64,000 nt of DNA from Thermodesulfobacteriota bacterium (lineage in GTDB: Bacteria > Desulfobacterota_D > UBA1144 > Nemesobacterales > UBA2774), in assembly GCA_965223335.1 (NCBI GenBank), contig OZ244991.1, positions 1,568,001 to 1,632,000 of the forward strand, given 5' to 3'. The position numbers were made by a program, and so were the translations under genes. The notes under the pieces were generated by a model that saw only the letters and a list, made by a program, of their open reading frames with translations, was not told the origin of the DNA and did no database searches. Below, piece by piece: positions 39,977 through 50,141 of the stretch. How positions within the stretch are numbered: the stretch's first letter is position 1; each line of letters opens with the position of its first letter.

Positions 39977-42910
39977 ATGTCCGAAGGTAAAAAGGGTGAT
40001 ATTAAAAGAAGAGATTTTCTAAAGATACTGGGAGTAGCAGGTGGCACGGCTGCACTTGCCGGGGCTTGCTCAGAACCGGTTGAACAGATTATCCCTTATG
40101 TTATCCCTCCTGAGGGTATTATCCCGGGGATTCCAAACTGGTATGCAAGTACATGCCGCGAGTGCCCCGCAGGGTGCGGTATCGTGGTTAAAAACCGCGA
40201 AGGCCGTGCAATTAAAATAGAGGGCAATCAAAACAACCCAATCAATTTAGGTTCATCCTGTGCGCGCGGACAGTCTGCACTTCAAGGGTTGTACAACCCC
40301 GACAGGGTGCGTTCCCCGCTCATAAGAAACGATGCCGGCAAGCTACAACCTGCAGGCTGGGACAAGGCGCAAACAGACCTAACTGAAAGAATTAATGAGG
40401 CTCTAGGAAAAGCAAACTCCGGGAAAGCAGTGTTTCTCACCAATCAGATCTCCGGCTCACTCGATAAATTAATTAAAGAATGGGTCGAGGGGATTGGAGG
40501 CGAGCATTATGTCTATGAAACATTTGCTCACGAGCCGCTTAAAGAGGCCAATAAACTTGCTTTTGGAATCGATGCAATTCCTACATACAAGATTGATAAA
40601 GCGAAATATTTGCTATCGTTCGGGGCCGATTTCATCGAGACCTGGCTTTCGCCTGTCGAATACACCAAACAGTTCTCCCAGATGCACAGCTATAAAGATA
40701 AGGAGATGGGCAAGTATGTACATGTAGAACCCAGGGCCTCGCTCACTGCAGCAAGTGCGGACGATTGGATTGCGGTTAAACCCGGTACCGAAGCCGTGCT
40801 AGCGTTGTGTATAGCAAACGTGATTGTAAAAGAGGGTCTTTCATCAGCCGGTGGGGGGCTCGGAGGAGTACTCGGCAAATACGATGTCGAGCGGGTTTCT
40901 GAGATCACAGACGTCCCGGTAGAAAAAATAAAAGAGGTAGCCAAAGATTTTGCTACCATGGGCCCAAGCCTTGCTTTAGGCGGGGGCGTGTCGACCACGA
41001 CCAAAAAGGCTACAGAGACAATGGTAGCGGTGAACATACTTAACTATGTGGCGGGCAACTTAGGTGATACGATTGATTTCGGCGATGCTTTGACCATATC
41101 GGATGCCAACACCTATGAAGACATAACCGGCTTAGTCGACTCGATGACCAAGGGTGAGGTCGAAATACTATTTATATATAATGTAAACCCCTCATTCACG
41201 CTTCCCAAAGCTCTTAAATTCGACGAAGCACTTAAAAATGTTCCTACGGTAGTTAGTTTCGGGAGTTATCTGGACGAGACCTCGTCTGAGGCTCATATGA
41301 TTCTGCCCGACAACACAACATTGGAGAGCTGGGGCGATTACATCCCTAAAGCGAGTGTTCATAGCCTGATCCAGCCCATAATGAAACCGGTGTTCAACAC
41401 CAAGGCCACGGGTGATGTGCTGCTTGCAACAGCCAAGAATATCACCGGACTCGAAACGACATTTACGCAGGCCGGTTTCTATGAGTACCTCCAAGATGCA
41501 TGGAAAGAGGTATGGAGCAGTAACTCTACCGGGAAACCGTTTGATAAATTTTGGGATGAATCACTCAAGCAGGGTGGTTTCTACGACGAAGTCACACCCC
41601 GACAGGCCTCATTGAGCGGAGCAGCGGGGGGTGTGGATTTCACAGAGCCCGAGTTCGAGGGCGATGGGGAATACTACTTCATGGCTTACCCGTCTTATAG
41701 ATACTACGATGGGCGCGGTGCCAATAAACCCTGGCTCCAGGAACTTCCCGAGGCCCTATCCACAGGGGTTTGGGACTCATGGGTAGAGATGCACCCAGAG
41801 ACTGCAAAGAAATTCCGAGTAAAGATGGGCGATTTCGTATCCATAGAATCACCCCAAGGCAAGATCACCACACAGGTCTACGTGTACGAGGGTATTCGTC
41901 CCGACACTGTGGCTGTGCAGATCGGTCAGGGACACACGAGCTATGGCCGCTATGCTAAAGACAGGGGTGTTAACCCTATCGATATTCTTCCAAGTGCCAC
42001 AGATGAAAGGTCGGGAGGGTTTGCATGGTTAACCACCAAGGTTGCACTGTCCCGCACCGGCAAGAGCGCCCAGTTCGTCCAGACCCAGTACACCACTACT
42101 CAGCACGACCGTGATATTGCCCAGGCCGTAACACTAAGCGAGCTTAAGCACGGCATTCATCACGAGGAGCATCATGAACCCGATTTCTATCCCCCGCGCG
42201 AGTACGCAAGGTACAGGTGGGCTATGTCGATTGACCTCGCCAAGTGTGTGGGTTGCGGTGCATGTGTGACCTCTTGCAATGCAGAGAACAACGTGCCGTT
42301 TGTAGGCAAGGCACTTGTGGCAAAACGCCGCGATATGGCATGGATAAGGATCGAGAGATATTTCGAGAAATCCCCCGACGGCAAGTCGCAACAGACAAGG
42401 TTCCTGCCGATGACCTGCCAGCAGTGCGGCAATGCCCCCTGCGAACCTGTATGCCCTGTGTTTGCAACCTACCATAACCCCGAGGGGCTAAACGGTATGG
42501 TCTACAACCGCTGCGTGGGCACCAGGTACTGTGCTAATAACTGCACGTATAAAGTAAGAAAATTCAACTGGTTTGACTATAAATTGCCCGAGCCTCTTAA
42601 CTGGCAGCTAAATCCCGATGTAACTGTTAGGAGCAAGGGTGTCATGGAAAAATGCACCTTCTGTGTACAGAGGATTGTCTATGCGAAGGATCAGGCCAAG
42701 GATAAAAACAGGGATGTGCTTGACGGCGAAGTGCTTACAGCATGTCAGCAGGCATGCCCGGCAGATGCAATAGTATTCGGGAACCTCGAGGATAAAAAGA
42801 GCGAGGTATACAAAAAGTCACACGATGAGAGAGGCTATAGGGTTTTGGAAGTTATCAACACGCAACCTGCCATCACATATCTAAAAAAAGTTGTACGGGA
42901 TAAAGCGTAA
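39977..42910 (+). CDS. actB: Alternative complex III subunit B (molybdopterin-oxidoreductase-like domain plus Fe-S domain)
   Basis: Tat signal RRDFLK with lipobox-like LAGAC; ANKPWLQELP; C-terminal CVGCGACVTSC, CQQCGNAPCEPVCP, CVGTRYCANNC, CTFC...CQQACP. Confidence 0.9.
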   Translation: MSEGKKGDIKRRDFLKILGVAGGTAALAGACSEPVEQIIPYVIPPEGIIPGIPNWYASTCRECPAGCGIVVKNREGRAIKIEGNQNNPINLGSSCARGQSALQGLYNPDRVRSPLIRNDAGKLQPAGWDKAQTDLTERINEALGKANSGKAVFLTNQISGSLDKLIKEWVEGIGGEHYVYETFAHEPLKEANKLAFGIDAIPTYKIDKAKYLLSFGADFIETWLSPVEYTKQFSQMHSYKDKEMGKYVHVEPRASLTAASADDWIAVKPGTEAVLALCIANVIVKEGLSSAGGGLGGVLGKYDVERVSEITDVPVEKIKEVAKDFATMGPSLALGGGVSTTTKKATETMVAVNILNYVAGNLGDTIDFGDALTISDANTYEDITGLVDSMTKGEVEILFIYNVNPSFTLPKALKFDEALKNVPTVVSFGSYLDETSSEAHMILPDNTTLESWGDYIPKASVHSLIQPIMKPVFNTKATGDVLLATAKNITGLETTFTQAGFYEYLQDAWKEVWSSNSTGKPFDKFWDESLKQGGFYDEVTPRQASLSGAAGGVDFTEPEFEGDGEYYFMAYPSYRYYDGRGANKPWLQELPEALSTGVWDSWVEMHPETAKKFRVKMGDFVSIESPQGKITTQVYVYEGIRPDTVAVQIGQGHTSYGRYAKDRGVNPIDILPSATDERSGGFAWLTTKVALSRTGKSAQFVQTQYTTTQHDRDIAQAVTLSELKHGIHHEEHHEPDFYPPREYARYRWAMSIDLAKCVGCGACVTSCNAENNVPFVGKALVAKRRDMAWIRIERYFEKSPDGKSQQTRFLPMTCQQCGNAPCEPVCPVFATYHNPEGLNGMVYNRCVGTRYCANNCTYKVRKFNWFDYKLPEPLNWQLNPDVTVRSKGVMEKCTFCVQRIVYAKDQAKDKNRDVLDGEVLTACQQACPADAIVFGNLEDKKSEVYKKSHDERGYRVLEVINTQPAITYLKKVVRDKA

Positions 42911-44241
42911 TGAGTGAGCAAACTTCATTAACTTATGCAAAGGTAAACGAAGATGTCATACGTATGCTCGATAAACCCAGCTTCAAATGGTGGGCGCTTT
43001 TCCTGCCTACGCTCGGTTTCGTAGGGTTTGGACTCTTTTGTTTTCTATATCAGGTGTACGTAGGGCTGGGTGTGGCCGGTTACCGCCACCCGGTGTTTTG
43101 GGGTGTATATATCACCGATTTTGTGTTTTGGGTCGGTATAGCCCACTCAGGCACTCTGATCTCAGCAATTCTATATCTATTTAGAGCAAGGTTTAGGATG
43201 TCTATCTACAGGATAGCCGAGGGGATGACCGTGTTTGCTGTTTTGACCGCGGGTCTCTTCCCCATAATCCACCTCGGTAGACCTTGGAATTTCTACTGGC
43301 TTTTCCCCTATCCTAACCAAAGGGAACTATGGATCAATTTCAAGTCACCGTTGGTCTGGGATGTTTTTGCCGTAAGCACTTACCTTACGGTAAGCTCCGT
43401 GTTCTTTTTTGTCGGCATGATCCCCGACATTGCCGCGATTAGGGATAAAGTAACAGAAGTGCCGCGTAAGATTATGTATTCAATAATGTCTTTGGGATGG
43501 AAGGGGACCAACTGGGAGTGGCTCCACTACACCAGGGCCTATCTGTTCTTTGCAGCGTTTGCTACCCCGCTTGTGCTCTCAGTGCATAGCGTGGTGTCAT
43601 GGGACTTTGCCATGGCAAACCTGCCGGGTTGGCACACGACCATTTTCGCACCTTATTTCGTTGCCGGTGCTATATTCTCTGGGCTCGGTATGGTGATCAC
43701 ACTCACCGTTCCTATAAGAAAGATATTCCATCTCGAGGAGTACATCACACTCGATAACTACGATGGGATGGCAAAGCTCATCATACTCACCTCTTCGATA
43801 GTAGGCTATGCCTACGGGGTCGAGTTCTTTATGGCTTGGTACAGCGGAAGCCCTGCGGAGTGGGGACAGTTCGTGTATAGGGCTACGGGTGAGTACGCGT
43901 TTTTCTACTGGGTGATGGTGGTATGCAACGTGCTTATACCGTTACCGCTTTGGTTTAGGAGTGTACGCAGAAATATTAAAGTGCTTTTCATAATCTCGAT
44001 ATTCATAAACATAGGTATGTGGTTCGAAAGGTTTAATATCATTGTGCTTTCACTCTCGCACGGGTTCGACCCGGCGGCGTGGGGTATTTACAAGCCCTCT
44101 TGGGTCGAGATAGGTATCACGGTAGGCAGTTTTGCATGGTTCTTTATGTTCTTCCTGCTGTTCCTAAAAACACTGCCGGCGGTGTCGATTGCCGAGATGA
44201 AGGAAATACTTCCTGTTCCGAGGAAGGAGGCTAAAACGTAA
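42910..44241 (+). CDS. actC: Alternative complex III quinol-binding NrfD/PsrC-family subunit
   Basis: FVFWVGIAHSGTLISA, HLGRPW, SPLVWDVFA, SVHSVVSWDFA, WHTTIF. Confidence 0.92.
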   Translation: MSEQTSLTYAKVNEDVIRMLDKPSFKWWALFLPTLGFVGFGLFCFLYQVYVGLGVAGYRHPVFWGVYITDFVFWVGIAHSGTLISAILYLFRARFRMSIYRIAEGMTVFAVLTAGLFPIIHLGRPWNFYWLFPYPNQRELWINFKSPLVWDVFAVSTYLTVSSVFFFVGMIPDIAAIRDKVTEVPRKIMYSIMSLGWKGTNWEWLHYTRAYLFFAAFATPLVLSVHSVVSWDFAMANLPGWHTTIFAPYFVAGAIFSGLGMVITLTVPIRKIFHLEEYITLDNYDGMAKLIILTSSIVGYAYGVEFFMAWYSGSPAEWGQFVYRATGEYAFFYWVMVVCNVLIPLPLWFRSVRRNIKVLFIISIFINIGMWFERFNIIVLSLSHGFDPAAWGIYKPSWVEIGITVGSFAWFFMFFLLFLKTLPAVSIAEMKEILPVPRKEAKT

Positions 44242-44753
44242 TGAGCGATAATCAGGGAGTGCTTGGTATATACTCGTATATCGATACTACAATCAACTCT
44301 GTGAAGAAGCTTAAAGAGGCCGGGTTCACAGATCTCCGGGTTTTTTCTCCCGTACCTAACCACGAGATCGAAGAGGTTATGGACGAGCCCGAGAGCATAG
44401 TGCGGTTCTTTACACTGGGTGGTGCAATGCTGGGAGCGGCATGCGGGGTAGGTTTTACTGTGCTTACCTCGATGGACTGGCCTATATCTGTTAGTGCAAA
44501 GCCTATAGTGTCGTTGCCCCCGTACATGGTTATTGTATTTGAGCTTACGATACTGATGGGTGCTCTGGCCACTTTGATCGGACTATTGGTTAACTCGAGA
44601 CTTAGAAGAAACGTAACAAGAAATATGTACGACCCCAGATTTTCAGAGGATAAGTTCGGGGTTATGGTCACATGCCCTAAAGACAGTGTTAAGAATGTAG
44701 AGGCCATCCTCTCGTCTTCCGGGGCCGAGGAAGTAAAGTTTGAAGGGGTTTGA
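44241..44753 (+). CDS. actD: Alternative complex III subunit D (DUF3341)
   Basis: FSPVP.H, two TM helices, FELTIL, YDPRFSEDKF; operon position. Confidence 0.88.
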   Translation: MSDNQGVLGIYSYIDTTINSVKKLKEAGFTDLRVFSPVPNHEIEEVMDEPESIVRFFTLGGAMLGAACGVGFTVLTSMDWPISVSAKPIVSLPPYMVIVFELTILMGALATLIGLLVNSRLRRNVTRNMYDPRFSEDKFGVMVTCPKDSVKNVEAILSSSGAEEVKFEGV

Positions 44754-44780
44754 CCTAAATCTTACGGAGGTATAGTAGGA

Positions 44781-45347
44781 GTGTTGAGTAGAAATAGAAT
44801 AATTTGTCTCTTGCTACTAGGTGTCGGTGCCTTTGTGCTGGCTGGCAAAGCATATTCGTTCCCTTGGAACTACGACATGTGGCTCCAGCCCTCTATACTG
44901 CCGTACGAAGAACCGGTTATCTACCCGGGTCTATCGGTCTCGACCACGGGTCAGAGAATAGAGCCGCTTCCGAGAGAGGACTTTGAAGACATAACAACCA
45001 ACCCTGTAGAGGCCACCCAGGAATCACTAGCCCAGGGGGAGCAGCTCTACAACACCTTCTGCTATGTGTGCCATGGTATGGAGGGCAAGGGTGACGGCCC
45101 GGTAATAAAGAGGGGTTTTTATCCGCTAGACCTCACTTCACCGGCTGTTGTGGCCAGGACCGAAGGGTATATCTATGCCTACATACGTTACGGCGGCAAG
45201 GTAATGATGCCCAGCTACCGTGAAAGCATTACTGAGCAGGGTGCGTGGGACGTAGTGAATTATGTAAGAAAACTTCAGGGTAACACAGCTACTACACCAC
45301 AAAATAGCATTGAGGAGAATACGGAGCAAGATGGATCTGAAAATTAG
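44781..45347 (+). CDS. actE: Alternative complex III monoheme cytochrome c
   Basis: Signal peptide; DM..QP, NP, CYVCHG..GKGDG, MMPSY, W.VVNYVRKLQ. Confidence 0.85.
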   Translation: MLSRNRIICLLLLGVGAFVLAGKAYSFPWNYDMWLQPSILPYEEPVIYPGLSVSTTGQRIEPLPREDFEDITTNPVEATQESLAQGEQLYNTFCYVCHGMEGKGDGPVIKRGFYPLDLTSPAVVARTEGYIYAYIRYGGKVMMPSYRESITEQGAWDVVNYVRKLQGNTATTPQNSIEENTEQDGSEN

Positions 45348-46575
45348 AGAAGAGATTCTAGCCAAGAGGTCGGATATTCCCTCATGGTTAATAATAGTAT
45401 TTCTACTGATAGCAGTGTTAGGATTTGGTACTTTTATCGCTCAGGCTATGGGTTCCGATCCTGCCAATGCATGGCGGATTTTCCTGGTGAATTTCTTGTT
45501 TTGGACCGGCGTGGCACAGGCTGGGATTATATTTTCTTGCATACTCCGTGTAACCGATGCCCGCTGGGCAAGGCCGCTTCTTAGGATGAGCGAGGGGCTC
45601 GGGTCTTTTACCCCAATTGCTTTTATCTTGCTTATTGTTGTGTTTGTGGGGCAGGACTACCTGCTGCCTTATGCCACTGAGCACTACCACCATCCAAAGG
45701 ACGTCTGGCTTAATATGAAGTTTGTGATGGGCCGCGATATTATCGGCTATGCAATATTACTGGTTATAAGCATGGCATATCTGTATTTCTCGCTCCGCCA
45801 GGACCTCGGGGGAAGTAACGAGAGCAGTGGGCTATCGGGGTGGATTGCATCGGGGTGGAACGGTGAAGAAGACCGCGAGAAATGTTGGGGCACGCTATCA
45901 AAGCTCGCACCTGCCACGGTGCTCATATACGCACTTGTATTCAGTTTATTTGCCTGGGACCTCATGATGTCGCTTGACCCGCACTGGTTTAGCACACTTT
46001 TCGGGCCCTACTACTTCATGGCCAGCTTCGTAGCTGCAATCGGTATGACAATCGTGCTATCTGTTGTGCTAAAAAGAAGGCTCAACCTGGATGAGTATCT
46101 AAACGATCACCAGTACCATGACATAGGTAAAATGCTTCAGGGATTCTCAATATTCTGGGTGTATTTGTTTTTCTCCCAGCTGCTTCCGATCTGGTATGCG
46201 AACATGCCCGAGGAGACGGGCTTTGTAATAAAGCGTATTCAGGACGAGCCGTTTAGGTCGTTGTCCTGGGTAGTATTAACCTGCTGTTTCATATTCCCTC
46301 TTATAGCGCTCTTGCCGAGGACTCACAAGATTGTGAAGCCGATAGTAGTGTTTATAGCGGCGGTGTCGTTGACAGGGTTCTTTATAGAAAAATTCGTACT
46401 GGTTATGCCGTCTTATACAAACGTAATAGAGTTTGGAATTACCCAGATACTCATCACGCTAGGGTTCCTGGGTGCATTCTTTATGACCTTTTTCGCATTC
46501 ATGCGGGCGTTTCCGTCCATACCTGTAGGCGACCCGTTATTCGGCGGTAAAAATAGTTCGGGAGGACATCACTGA
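45331..46575 (+). CDS. actF: Alternative complex III membrane subunit F
   Basis: Multi-TM; DLMMSLDPHWFSTLFG, HDIGK, FSQLLPIWYANMPEET. Confidence 0.9.
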   Translation: MDLKIREEILAKRSDIPSWLIIVFLLIAVLGFGTFIAQAMGSDPANAWRIFLVNFLFWTGVAQAGIIFSCILRVTDARWARPLLRMSEGLGSFTPIAFILLIVVFVGQDYLLPYATEHYHHPKDVWLNMKFVMGRDIIGYAILLVISMAYLYFSLRQDLGGSNESSGLSGWIASGWNGEEDREKCWGTLSKLAPATVLIYALVFSLFAWDLMMSLDPHWFSTLFGPYYFMASFVAAIGMTIVLSVVLKRRLNLDEYLNDHQYHDIGKMLQGFSIFWVYLFFSQLLPIWYANMPEETGFVIKRIQDEPFRSLSWVVLTCCFIFPLIALLPRTHKIVKPIVVFIAAVSLTGFFIEKFVLVMPSYTNVIEFGITQILITLGFLGAFFMTFFAFMRAFPSIPVGDPLFGGKNSSGGHH

Positions 46576-46715
46576 TGGAAGAACATCTCGATAAAATTGC
46601 TCAGGGTGTAGTTGTGGCAATTGTGTTGGGTGTGGCAGGGTTTATGTCGCTTATAGCAGCGGTGGCACTGTTTGGTCCCCACATCGCTCCTCTTATGAAC
46701 AAACTGCCCTGGTAG
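46575..46715 (+). CDS. Unannotated 46-aa single-TM protein coupled to actF (candidate ACIII accessory subunit)
   Basis: TGATG stop/start overlap, GGAGGA RBS at 46561; MEEHLDKIAQGVVVAIVLGVAGFMSLIAAVALFGPHIAPLMNKLPW. Confidence 0.75.
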   Translation: MEEHLDKIAQGVVVAIVLGVAGFMSLIAAVALFGPHIAPLMNKLPW

Positions 46716-46852
46716 TTTCCCGTCTTACAATCTTCTTAAACATTTAGCTAGATCAAGACTCGTTCTATTGTAACGACCGAATTCTCGTTGACATACAATC
46801 CATAAAGATGCGAGAATTATAGTCCATTTCACATTAGTCCCGGAGGTAAACA

Positions 46853-47197
46853 ATGTCAAAAGATGCTGAGATAAACTTCGTAGTCACACTCGATGAGGAC
46901 CACGTACCCGATAGTATTAAATGGAGTGCGAGTGAGTCTGAATTCAAGGGGCATAGACAGTGCGAGTCACTTCTTATCTCGATGTGGGATAAGTCAGAGA
47001 AAAACACAATGAGTATCGACCTCTGGACCAAGAAGATGGAGGTAGGCGACATGAATGCCCACTTTTACTACACTCTTATGAAAATGGCCGATACCTACCA
47101 GAACGCAACCAATAATCAGGAGCTCGCAGATTCAATCAGGGCGTTTGCAAATGATTTTGCTTCTAAGGTAAAGGAGTTCACCACCAAAGACACATAG
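46853..47197 (+). CDS. GldC-like protein
   Basis: EINF.V.LDE..VP..I.W.A, L.S.WD, IDLWTK.M, TL..MADT...AT pattern; GGAGG RBS. Confidence 0.75.
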   Translation: MSKDAEINFVVTLDEDHVPDSIKWSASESEFKGHRQCESLLISMWDKSEKNTMSIDLWTKKMEVGDMNAHFYYTLMKMADTYQNATNNQELADSIRAFANDFASKVKEFTTKDT

Positions 47198-47223
47198 CTA
47201 GTGAAACCAGTGCTCCCGGTGTC

Positions 47224-48153
47224 TTAAAAGGCCGACATTACCTCTTTAGCAAAGAACCTGAGTGTGTCTTGGTTCATTATATCCGAGAAGAAAATTGTGT
47301 ACTTGGTTATGCCTTTTTTCTCATTTTCCTCTATCTTGCGTATACAGTCCTCGGGTGTGCCGACTATACCGAAGCTTGCCACGTCACCGAAAAATCCGTA
47401 GCGCTTCTGTGCCTTGGGCAGCTTCTCGCCGAGCTCATGTTGGTCGTGGGCCAAAACACATACAGTCTGCTGGGAGATAGAGATATCGCCAAAGTTCCTG
47501 CCGACATCCTTGCAATGTGCTTCTAATACTTGCTTTTTTCGGTCAAAGTCCCCGGCACTTGTGGCAGGGCAGTTCCATTCATCCGCATACCTAGCCACAA
47601 CATTTAAAAGATACTTTTCCCCGGACCCTCCGATCGAGATAGAGGGGTGGGGTTTTTGAAATGGTTTCGGGTTGCAGTGGGCGTTGTTTATCTGGAAGTA
47701 TTTGCCGTTGAAGCTCGGGGATTCCTCTTGCCACATGGATCTTATAATCTGAGCCGACTCTGCCAGTTGTTCTATACGAGTTACAGTGTTTGGGAACTCA
47801 TAGCCATATGCCTTGTACTCGGTCTCGAACCATCCCGCACCCAGCGCAAACTCGAGCCTGCCTCCGCTTATTACATCCAGTGTCGCACCCATCTTGGCCA
47901 AAAGTGCCGGGGGTCTAAACGAGTTGCACAGCACCATTGTGCCGAGTTTGATGTTTGATGTGACGGTAGCCAGTGAGGCCATCAGAGTCCATGCCTCGTA
48001 TATATCCATCTTAATATCGCCCATGCCTAGTATATGGTCATAGAACCAGACGGAATGGTACCCTAGGCTGTCACATAACTCTGCGGTCTCGCGTATGTCT
48101 GAAAAATCGATTTTTTGCTGCCTTAGCATAACCCCAAAATCTATTCTGCTCAT
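47224..48153 (-). CDS. LLM-class flavin/F420-dependent oxidoreductase
   Basis: SVWFYDH, EAWT, FRPPALLAKM.ATLD.ISGGRL, GAGW...E, IGGSGEK, A.YADEWN. Confidence 0.88.
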   Translation of the reverse strand: MSRIDFGVMLRQQKIDFSDIRETAELCDSLGYHSVWFYDHILGMGDIKMDIYEAWTLMASLATVTSNIKLGTMVLCNSFRPPALLAKMGATLDVISGGRLEFALGAGWFETEYKAYGYEFPNTVTRIEQLAESAQIIRSMWQEESPSFNGKYFQINNAHCNPKPFQKPHPSISIGGSGEKYLLNVVARYADEWNCPATSAGDFDRKKQVLEAHCKDVGRNFGDISISQQTVCVLAHDQHELGEKLPKAQKRYGFFGDVASFGIVGTPEDCIRKIEENEKKGITKYTIFFSDIMNQDTLRFFAKEVMSAF

Positions 48154-48352
48154 TGCACACACCTTTTATGGCTAGAATTTAAATGTCACACAATTTAACA
48201 GAGCAATTAAATAGAATCAAATTGTCTGTATCTCCCAACGGTTGTCATTAGTTTGCGGAAGTTAGAAAACATTGGTTGTTTAAACGGTTTGACAGCCCTC
48301 GATCGATAATATAACTTAACAATCCGTCCATAGATAATTTCGAGGAGGTATT

Positions 48353-49027
48353 ATGATGACAGGTTTATTGAAACCCAAGAAAATGTGGAATTCGGGGATA
48401 TTTAATTTAGCAATTATGCTGATTTTGCTAAGCGGTGTAGCACTTGTGATTGGATGTAAAGACAAGAAGGAAGGTCCCACTGAAAGCCCTGGGACCGAGA
48501 CCAAAGAACAAATAAGTACTGAAGGAGGGAACCCTGTGGTAGTAATAACAACGACTCTAGGCGATATAAAACTCGAGCTTGATAAAGAAAAGGCTCCGAT
48601 TACCGTAGACAATTTCATAAGCTACGTAAATGACGGTTTTTATAACGGCACGATTTTTCACCGTGTCATACCTAACTTTATGGTTCAGGGTGGGGGTTTT
48701 ACAGAGGATATGGCACAGAAACCCACTAAGGACCCGATCAAAAACGAGGCCGATAACGGCCTTGGTAACGATAGGGGAACTATCGCTATGGCGCGTACAC
48801 AGGCCGTCGACAGCGCAACTGCCCAGTTCTATATAAACGTTGTCGATAATGACTTTTTAAACCACGGCAAGCGCGATTTCGGCTATGCTGTGTTCGGCAA
48901 GGTAGTCGAGGGAATGGATGTGGTGGATAAAATAGCTGCGGCCAAAACTGCTAACAAGGGTATGCACCAGGGTGTGCCCGAAGAGGCTGTTAAGATCGAG
49001 TCTGTGACAGTTGTCGAGTCGGAATAA
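48353..49027 (+). CDS. Cyclophilin-type peptidyl-prolyl isomerase (lipoprotein)
   Basis: Lipobox [42 protein letters not shown]. Confidence 0.94.
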   Translation: MMTGLLKPKKMWNSGIFNLAIMLILLSGVALVIGCKDKKEGPTESPGTETKEQISTEGGNPVVVITTTLGDIKLELDKEKAPITVDNFISYVNDGFYNGTIFHRVIPNFMVQGGGFTEDMAQKPTKDPIKNEADNGLGNDRGTIAMARTQAVDSATAQFYINVVDNDFLNHGKRDFGYAVFGKVVEGMDVVDKIAAAKTANKGMHQGVPEEAVKIESVTVVESE

Positions 49028-49068
49028 CACGAGTTCTGTTCGGTTACGGAACGTTACAAACCGGTGAG

Positions 49069-50133
49069 TTGGCAAACTCCACATTTATGAGCAAGGGTTT
49101 AACTTACAAGAAGTCTGGTGTTGACATTGATGCGGGCAATCTATTTGTAGAGCTCATAAAACCCCTTGCCAAGTCCACTCACAATAAGCTTGTACTTGGC
49201 AGTCTGGGTGGGTTCTCGGGTGCAGTGAAGCTCCCGCATAGCAAGGGTGACGACTTACTGCTCGTTGCCGCGACCGATGGTGTAGGCACTAAGCTTAGGG
49301 TCGCATTCCAAACAGGGGTGTTCGACAGCATAGGCATTGACCTTGTGGCCATGAGTGTAAACGATATTGTCACGACAGGTGCCAAACCCATACTGTTTTT
49401 GGACTATTTAGCTACCTCTAGGTTAGATCCCCATAAGGCGTCAGAGATTATTAAAGGTGTGGCCCAGGGCTGCAAACAGGCGGGTTGTGCGCTGCTCGGA
49501 GGCGAGACTGCGGAGATGCCCGGTTTCTATAAGCGGGGCGAGTTCGATCTTGCAGGTTTCGCAGTGGGGGTAGTCGAGAAATCCGGGGTCATAGACGGTT
49601 CGGGGGTTAGGCCCGGGGATGTTTTGGTAGGGCTCGCTTCAAGCGGCCTCCACTCTAATGGTTACTCTTTGGCGCGCAAAGTGCTTTTGGATAAAAAGAA
49701 ATACGGTTTGTCTCGGAAACAGGGTTCATTGGGGAGAAAGTTGGGTGAAGAATTACTCGAGCCCACCCGCATCTATGTAAAAACCATTCTAAAACTAATA
49801 GATAAGTTCGAGATAAAATCCATAGCACATATTACCGGCGGAGGCATGCCTGAGAATATCCCTAGGGTGATACCAAAGAGTTGCAAAGCTCTAATCAAGT
49901 CGGGCAGCTGGGATGTGCATCCGATATTCGAGCTTATTGAGCATGACGGTAAGGTAAGCCGCCCCGAGATGATGCGCACTTTCAACATGGGGATAGGGAT
50001 GGTGCTTATGACCAACTCCGACCACGCAGAGAGTGTTGTGAAAAGTATTAATAGAACAAAAAAGCACAAGGCCTATATTATCGGTGAAATTACCAAGAAA
50101 AAGAAAGGTGAAGACTCCGTTGTCTTCGAGTAG
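49069..50133 (+). CDS. purM: Phosphoribosylformylglycinamidine cyclo-ligase (start possibly ATG 49087)
   Basis: YKKSGVDI, TDGVGTK, GGETAEMPG, SSGLHSNGYS, HITGGG, FNMGIG. Confidence 0.96.
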   Translation: MANSTFMSKGLTYKKSGVDIDAGNLFVELIKPLAKSTHNKLVLGSLGGFSGAVKLPHSKGDDLLLVAATDGVGTKLRVAFQTGVFDSIGIDLVAMSVNDIVTTGAKPILFLDYLATSRLDPHKASEIIKGVAQGCKQAGCALLGGETAEMPGFYKRGEFDLAGFAVGVVEKSGVIDGSGVRPGDVLVGLASSGLHSNGYSLARKVLLDKKKYGLSRKQGSLGRKLGEELLEPTRIYVKTILKLIDKFEIKSIAHITGGGMPENIPRVIPKSCKALIKSGSWDVHPIFELIEHDGKVSRPEMMRTFNMGIGMVLMTNSDHAESVVKSINRTKKHKAYIIGEITKKKKGEDSVVFE

Positions 50134-50141
50134 CTTACGGG

